DNA from: the human T2T-CHM13v2.0 reference genome, Homo sapiens
Assembly: GCF_009914755.1 (NCBI RefSeq)
Contig: NC_060940.1
Reading direction: 5' to 3' (one strand)
Length of the DNA: 64,000 nt
In this document: one piece after another, positions 56,821 to 64,000 of the stretch
Numbering within the stretch: position 1 is the first letter of the stretch
Layout of the letters: each line of letters opens with the position of its first letter
Translations under genes and position numbers: made by a program
Notes under the pieces: model-generated
Told to the model about the DNA's origin: nothing
Seen by the model: the letters and a program-made list of their open reading frames with translations, nothing else
The model's database searches: none

Positions 56821-57775
56821 AATGCACATTCATTCCTTCTATTTCAAAGATGTTGAAGTTGTTAGGCAGGGGGCAGTCTTATGAACAACCTTCCCTATTG
56901 TTTTACCACTATGAGTTATTTCATTGGATCTAAAATAATTTACTTAATATACTCTGATAGAAAAAGAAAGCAAAGAATAAATATTTTCTTAATAATTGTG
57001 TGAAGACAAGTATGATGACAATATCTGGGAGGACTTATATCTTCTCCCGAGTCCCCAAAGAAACAATCTAGATAGGATACCATTTATAGCAAGTTAACGA
57101 AAAACATTTTGTGCAGTAATTTAGGGGGGCAGAGGATGTAGAGGACAAGATGCTCCTCTTAGTGTAATAAGGGCAGGGTTAAAAACGATTGCTTTCTATG
57201 AAATGTAGTGCTATTCGAAGCCACGTGATTTTCTCATATAAACTAACTAGAGGTTTGTGAAAAATTATTTCTTATTTTGGCAAAATATGATTTTATGTAT
57301 TCTAGAAAATAAATTAACTGCAGCCTAGAGTGGAAGCTCCTTTAGAACACATCCTCTCTTTCACATATGACATTTCCACTCCTACCGCTGTCTATAGGAA
57401 CACAATTTGTCATTTCATCTTCCCATGGCAAGACCTACATTCACCCTTCCCTTTGCAGAGCAGCAATAACTAGAAAGTAGGTGTAGAAATGTCCTTCATA
57501 TGTCAATAAGATGACAGATACCTGCTGATTTCTATAAGTTGGTTGGGATAGCTTAGAAAGTGAGTGTGGAAAGAACTTAGATGAATTCGATGAGAAGTAA
57601 AAATGAATAGGTTAAATTAAGAAACAATGAGACATCCTTGTCAGATAACCTAAAAAGTTGTGAATTGGACCAAGGGCATAACACGATTTCCCACAAAACA
57701 AATTTATGAGAACAACTAGTTCAACACATTTCAAATATCTGTTTAATTTTTGGGGAGGCCCAGAAAAGTATGTTC

Positions 57776-57776
<1 letters not shown>

Positions 57777-57818
<42 letters not shown>
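57777..57818 (+). repeat. (AGAT)10 tetranucleotide STR followed by a TA-rich tract
   Basis: Read directly from the sequence. Confidence 0.98.
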
Positions 57819-58139
57819 TCTGTGTGTATATAAAATTATATATAGAGATAAATTATATGATAGAAGTGTCTGTGTGTATAAAATTTTAAATATATGTATA
57901 TATACATATATATATATATACAGAGAGAGAAATACTGTTAATATGAACTACAGAAAGTGAATATAACTTTTCTGAAGAATTATTTAAGCTAACATTCCCA
58001 ATTTTTCTATGTCCAGAAGGTAGCTGGATACCTTTCCTTGGAAGCAAAAAAAAAAAAAAATGAGGTTTACTGAAAAATTACGTGTATATTATACTATGTT
58101 TAATTTTAGAATTGAATAATTTATTCACACTTTTCCTCA

Positions 58140-60540
58140 TTGGACCAATGAAGTAGACATTTTTCTAAGGTTCTAGAGATGCAGCAGAGAACGTAGCAGC
58201 TTTTACCTTACCCCTTGTAAAGCTTATAGTCTAGTTACAAACAGGGACATAGATTATATTCGAATAAACAAATAAATCTAGAGAATACCCCCTAGGTTTA
58301 AATGCTTCTGTTTTTGGAAAATAGCAAGGAATACAGTGTGACTAGAGTAAATGAAAAAAGAAAAGAGTTCTGGAAAATAAGGTCAAAGTGTAGGGGGAGA
58401 TTAGACTCTTGCAGGCAATCATAACCAATCATCTAACCTAAGTAAGACAGGAAGCCACTGGAAGGCTTTGTGCAGAGAAATTAACTGATTTATGTTTCTA
58501 AAAGATAATTCTTGCTTTACGGTAAAAATAGACTGGGTAATACTGAGCAAAAACAGGAGAACAGAAAAACATTTAGAAGACAGAGTATTATGAGAAAATG
58601 TGGTCACCATTTATGGCAAAGAAATTGACAGAGTGAAATTATTATTTACTGAAATAGATCTGGGAAGGAATGGGATTTGAGAGGATGAGAAGTCAGATAT
58701 CCAGCTTTCCACAGGGGTAAGCAGTTGTATATATTTGTTTTATGATCAGGGTCCACATTCAAACAGGGAACTAGACAGATACTCAATGCAGATAGTATTT
58801 AAAGCTAACATAGTAGATGAGATCACCCAGACCCTAGGCGCTGTGGAGTGTGTGTAAGGAGAGAAGAAAAGCTGTTATTTCCACTCTGATTAGATGAAAG
58901 AAACAGCAGAGGAGATGGTGGAGGGAGAAGCCAGTGAGGGAAGAGGAGAACTGAGACAGACCATGTCCTAGAGGATAATTGAAGAAGATCTGATGAACTA
59001 TGTCAAATAAACCTGATAGGTCAAATAAAATGAGGATTAAGAGTTGATCATTGTGTTAGGCCATCCTGAGACTGTTGGAGACTGCCAAAAACAATGTTGA
59101 TGGATCGAGATGAAGGTGAATACAAGAGTTTTAATGAAGTGAGTTCAAGAGCATATTGTTGCTATAAAGTAGAATATAGGGATAGGGTGATAGTTGGTGG
59201 GTGACGTATTTAATATGGATTTAGATGCAAGAAATAACACCATGTTTCTATGCTGACAGCTATAATGCTTTGTAGGGAAAATTTTATAACACGGTAGAGA
59301 GATGGGACATTCCTGAAGAGATGCGTTGGGTAGGCTGCAGGGTATGGAGAGCAGTACAAAGGCAGAGAAAATGGCATTAGCTAAGAGTCCAGATGATTCA
59401 TCCAAAGTGATAGCAGGGAAGATTGAGTACAGTGGTATAGACACAGTGTTTAGAGAGATATAGTAATTGAAGCTTATAGACATCATTTTCTGACTGCTTC
59501 CTCTTTTCTTAGTGAACTAGAAGACAAGAGCATCAGCTTAGAGTAAGATGAGGTAGGACATACTCAAGTTCAACAAAGGCATAACGGGTGTTTAGTAGGA
59601 AATAGAAGAAAAAAATGAACTAGAAAATAGAATAGGATTGTCTGGTGAAATTGAGGTCCAGCTTATCGTTAGCATGGTAAATTTTAAAGTGAGACCACTC
59701 AGTAGTTTTGTGTGCCTCCTCACTCCCTATATTTTTATTAAGCTGCAAGAATAAAGATGATGTTACCCAATATTGGAGCTTGGCAGAGGAGTAGTAAAAG
59801 GGGAGAAAGAACTAAAGGAATTGATGGTATAAATATAATGTTTGGCCATGGAATCTAAGGTTGGAAAGAAGTGAAGAGAGAATATGAGGGGTAATGAGAG
59901 ATAACTAAAGGGTAATAGTGCCAAAGTATTAAAAGTCTAGGTGGTTTGAAGAATATTTAAGGTTGGCATATTTTAAAAGTGAACTAGAATGATAGCAGGT
60001 TGAACTGCTTAACGTTTCTGTTAAGGAGAGGATGCATCTTTTAATAATATCAAACATGAGCTAGGAGTGTAGGGACTGAAGTAAGGCAGAAGACAAGATT
60101 AATGGAAGAGAATTAGAGAAACTGAGAGGCTAGGGTCTCGAAGGGATTATCTACCTAGATGTTACAATCATTAAGAGTTTTGAAAGCAGCTGTGTTTGAG
60201 AGAGAGAAAGTAAGTCATTAATGCCATTAAGCAATAAAGAGGAAGGTCTCATAATCTGAACTCGACTACCATAAAAGCGTTAGAGTGCATCTTGGCATAA
60301 TAATATAGCATTTAATTTTGGGGGCTTTGAGAGAGAAAGCAGGGTAATTTCTAGGAAGCAGTTGTAAAGGGTACTGAGAAGACTCCCTCATCTCTTTGCC
60401 CAGTAGTATGAGGGATGTGGGAGGGGACTAAAGGCAAGAGTCAAAAAAAAGGGGGGATGTTTAGAGGAGAGGTGGGGGATATGAAGAAGGTTGTTGAAAA
60501 ACTAGTGTGGTTTCCTCATGGCAGAATGAATAGGTTTCAG
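58140..60540 (-). mobile_element. Long L2 relic including decayed ORF2
   Basis: Purine-rich plus strand with reverse L2 motifs (GGAAGCCACTGGAAGGCTTTGTGCAG; GATGAGATCACC; GGTCAAATAAAATGAGGA). Minus ORF 59145-59486 reads FPAITLDESSGLLANAIFSAFVLLSIP, similar to the L2 ORF2 segment ELSxLLSKANPSTCALDPIP. Confidence 0.8.
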
Positions 60541-60939
60541 CTAAAAAAATAAATTAAATTTAAAAGTACTGTAGGACAGGTGTTATCTGTATCTATTAGA
60601 GGGAGAAACTGGAACTCTAAGAAGTTATTTGTTCAAAATTATAAACTTCATACAATTTGAGACATAATTTGAACACTAGTATCATTCCAAAGTTCAAGAA
60701 CTTTTAAAATATTTTCTGGTCATGATTCAGAAACTCTAATGCAGTTAGGGAAAGAGTAATATCTGTGCACAAATTACCTCTGACCATTTCCAACTTCATT
60801 CTGCATGACACGCTAGAAACTAACACCAATCTTTACCAGTTTTAAGATACTTCTGAAAATTACTTTTTTCTGCATCGTTCATGTTGAATATTTGATTACT
60901 TTTGTGGACTGGAAACATGTCATATAGTAAAAATAGATA

Positions 60940-61085
60940 GAAATGGAACTGTCTGGGTTTCAAACCCAACTTCTGAACTTTATTAGATGTGAGATTTGAG
61001 CAAATCAATCTCTGTTTCATGTTAGTGATATTTGGATAACAATATCTAACTTGTAGTTATATCAAAATGGTGTTGAGGGTAGTTG
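60940..61085 (+). mobile_element. MIR relic
   Basis: CTGTCTGGGTTTCAAACCCAACTTCTG..TTATTAGATGTGAGATTTGAGCAAATC. Confidence 0.7.
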
Positions 61086-62554
61086 GAAAAGAAACTGAAA
61101 TTCAAAATTTCTTATTTCTATATTATAAAGCATAAATAATTCATTATAATGATGAAATTTTTGTTCTTATTACGAGACACCAGCAAATAAAAGAGGAAGA
61201 AGTATGCGATTATCAAGCTGTTTCTAGCTGTTCTGTACCTAGATTTGTGTCTCCATTTGGTAGACCTAGAATAGTTTCTGCTTTTTAATAAAGCACAATA
61301 ATCAATGTCTGTGTATCCAAAGGTAAACAGAGATGAATAGGGAGCCTGAAGGTAATTTTTACTACAAAGCAAAAGGAGAACATTAGATTTGATACAAATT
61401 ATTGATAGAAAGACAGAGAAAGAGAAGACTTAAGCAGTACAGTGGAATAAGTAATTGAGTTTTTTGAATTAGATCCCTAATATTCAAATGTAAGTTGTTT
61501 GCATGTCTCTGATGTAAAATCCCTCAGTTATATCAAGACTTGATTAAAGTCAGCTACAAAGTCATGCCTTTTTCACTCAGGAGAGTGAATCAATTGTTAG
61601 GGGAAGGAATAAATCATCCTCTCAAAGCCATACATTATTTAAAGAATTAGTGTTAAAACTCCACATCAATCCTACCCTACTTTCTTCGCCACTCTCCCCT
61701 TTTATTTTTCCTCTACTACTTCTGTGATTTGAGATCTGAGCTCTCCTTATTATACAGATCACCCTACCCTTGGGGAGATAGCAACTTTTTTGCATTTCAG
61801 GAATCAGCTTAAAGAGGATACCCTAAGGGCTTTATAATTCAAGGCTAGCTCAGAAAATAATTTAACTGAATGTTTCTCCACTGAAAATACATTGATTAAC
61901 TCTAACTTTTCATTTAAAGTGAGAGTTGCTCAACCTGGATAAGAGATCATGTTCCAGAGAAAGGGAATGGGTTGGGCTTGTGACATTTCCATGAATGACG
62001 GGGGTCCTGGACAGGATAACAAGCACTGACAAAGATGGGAAGAGTGGGTAATTGCATGGAAGACTGAGGTGTTAGGCATTGTGGATGGTGGCCATGGAAG
62101 CAATGACTAATACTCTGTGAGGCTGACCATGTTAGCCAAAAGGATTCTGGGAGGTGTATATAACACAGCTCAAATGTTGAAGGAGTGGTAGGCAGATAGT
62201 TGTCCAAAAATCAGTATTGAATGGGTGCATTTTATGCAGAAAGATAGAAGGTCATCACAAAAGCCATCAGGACTAAACGCCATAATCATCTTCATTTAGC
62301 CAGAACCAGGCAAGCATTAGGAACATCACAAAATACAACCAAAGTGATAGGGAGCCTTAATAATGAATGGCATTAGATTGAGGAAGTATTTCATTGGATG
62401 TTGAAAAATAAAGATAGTTGATATTTCTGGAAGCTAAGTGTCAAGAACAAAATGAAACAAGGTCACACAATTCATTTGAAAATAGAAAGGTAACTATCTT
62501 ATCTTGGCACAAGATGGGAATATAATTAACAAAAGTAGGTATATCTTTATAGCT

Positions 62555-62755
62555 TTATGGTTAAGACCACTGGTCTAGTATAAGATTGCCTGAGTTAGAA
62601 TCCTCATTTAGAATTAATGCCAGAGTTAGAATCCTTATTTAGAATTAATGCCTCTCTTAAACAGTTGTTTCAAGTATTCAGTTAGGTCATTCATGTAAAG
62701 CAGCATATCCTAGCTCCAGATACAGAGGAGGCACTCAAGAAGTATTATTTTTATC
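62555..62755 (+). mobile_element. MIR relic containing a 31 bp tandem duplication
   Basis: TGGTTAAGACCACTGGTCT..GATTGCCTGAGTTAGAATCC..CATGTAAAGCA..GAGGAGGCACTCAAGAA; duplicated units 62587-62617 and 62618-62648. Confidence 0.7.
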
Positions 62756-63489
62756 AATAGTTGCACTCTAAATAATTTTGCAACAATTTATAACCACAAT
62801 TTCATGACACAAAACAGACCTAAAATCACCTAAATTTAGAAAAAATAAAATCTTATTATATATGTATCTACTATTTAGAGAAGAATGAGAACATTGGTCT
62901 GAATTTCTTTGGGAGTTGAACAAATTCCTCTACTGGGCTCCTTCCTTTTGATATAATTAGAAACTGCTCGTGGTGGTAAACTGGGCCACAGAATTGCCAT
63001 ACCCGAATAATTGTGTTAGTCTGATTTATAAATACATTATCTGTACGAAAAAACTTCAACATTTTATATTAACAAAGTTTAAAGACTTGCAACATTGAAA
63101 CCAATTACATTTTAACAGGAAGTCTTGGCTTTTTAATATTTTACAAGATAGACAGATGCTTCCCTACCTGTGACAGTTGTCTTCCCCGGGCAATTAGTCA
63201 GTCTCCAACTGAAGACTTTAGTATTTCTTTTTCAGCTCAAGTATCAGGCATTTAAATATGTTTGAAGTGTTAATTAATTTACATTTTCAAAAAAAGCTGT
63301 AAAAATGTTTCCAATAGTAGATCTTCATAATCAGTTGCTGTATGGTGTTAGATGTTTACATACCCCCTTATTCATAGAATTGTCAACATGCCCCACATTA
63401 GAATTATAAGGGTAAAATGTAAATTGAGAATAGCTACTGGTTCAATATTATAAAATGTGTGAAATCAGGGATATATGCCATATAAGGAC

Positions 63490-63750
63490 TACTAATATTG
63501 CTATACATGCTAACACTACTATGTATGTTGACTGGTTTTCAGGCCCCATGTAGGTTATTTGCACATACAATAACTTTGGCTCATATTTTAATGCTGCAGT
63601 TGAAACATTAATATCCTTGTTTTGTGTAAGAGATTTAAAATTCAGAGAACCCAGGTATTTTGCCTTAGTTCACACATACAGAAAGTGTAGCCATGATTCA
63701 AATCCTAAATTTCTAATTTCAACACACTTCTGTTACACACACTCTGCCTC
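63490..63750 (-). mobile_element. MIR relic
   Basis: GCTAACACTACTATG..TAATATCCTTGTTTTG..TTCAGAGAA..TTTGCCTTAGTTCACACA..GATTCAAATCC..CACACTCTGCCTC. Confidence 0.7.
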
Positions 63751-64000
63751 AGTTAATGGATCCAAGATATACTCACATTAGGATACTCTGAGGAAAGTTT
63801 ACTTAAACAGGGACAATGTTTTGAAGTGTGAATAGTAGGGTAATTTAGTATTGCATTGCATTGTGAATGATGCAGAAACATCGGGCTAGTGCTAGAAGAG
63901 CTGTTACTATTTCTGGTCCTGTGCTAGAATAGGGTAGCAAATGGTAATTTAAATATAGTGTTGTGTTAAAAAAAATGCACTTTGAAAAAAAAATAGCCTT

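Overview
Primate (very probably human/hominoid) AT-rich, CpG-poor non-coding DNA, either intergenic or deep intronic, made up largely of interspersed-repeat fossils. I found no protein-coding exon, RNA gene, CpG island or CRISPR-like array. The ORF-track hits with recognisable protein motifs are decayed L1 ORF1/ORF2 or L2 ORF2; the rest are Alu read-through or chance ORFs. Main contents: (1) L1 fragments of many ages, including two 5'-inverted (twin-primed) L1PA insertions with target-site duplications (TSDs); (2) a ~3.4 kb Charlie1-type hAT transposon fossil with transposase remnants and three nested insertions; (3) 12 Alus, including a closely spaced tail-to-tail inverted AluY pair with a triplicated target+poly(T) spacer; (4) six solo LTRs (two THE1D, LTR33, MLT1, two ERV1/MER4-group); (5) MER20, MER102 and Tigger3a MITEs; (6) many MIR/L2 relics and microsatellites; (7) a ~375 bp imperfect AT-rich palindrome next to a (GT)21 tract. 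I see no evidence of a new gene system. The most interesting signals are structural and mutational (fold-back palindromes, inverted Alus, retrotransposition scars). Subfamily names come from recalled consensus sequences, not a database search, and boundaries of old elements are approximate.
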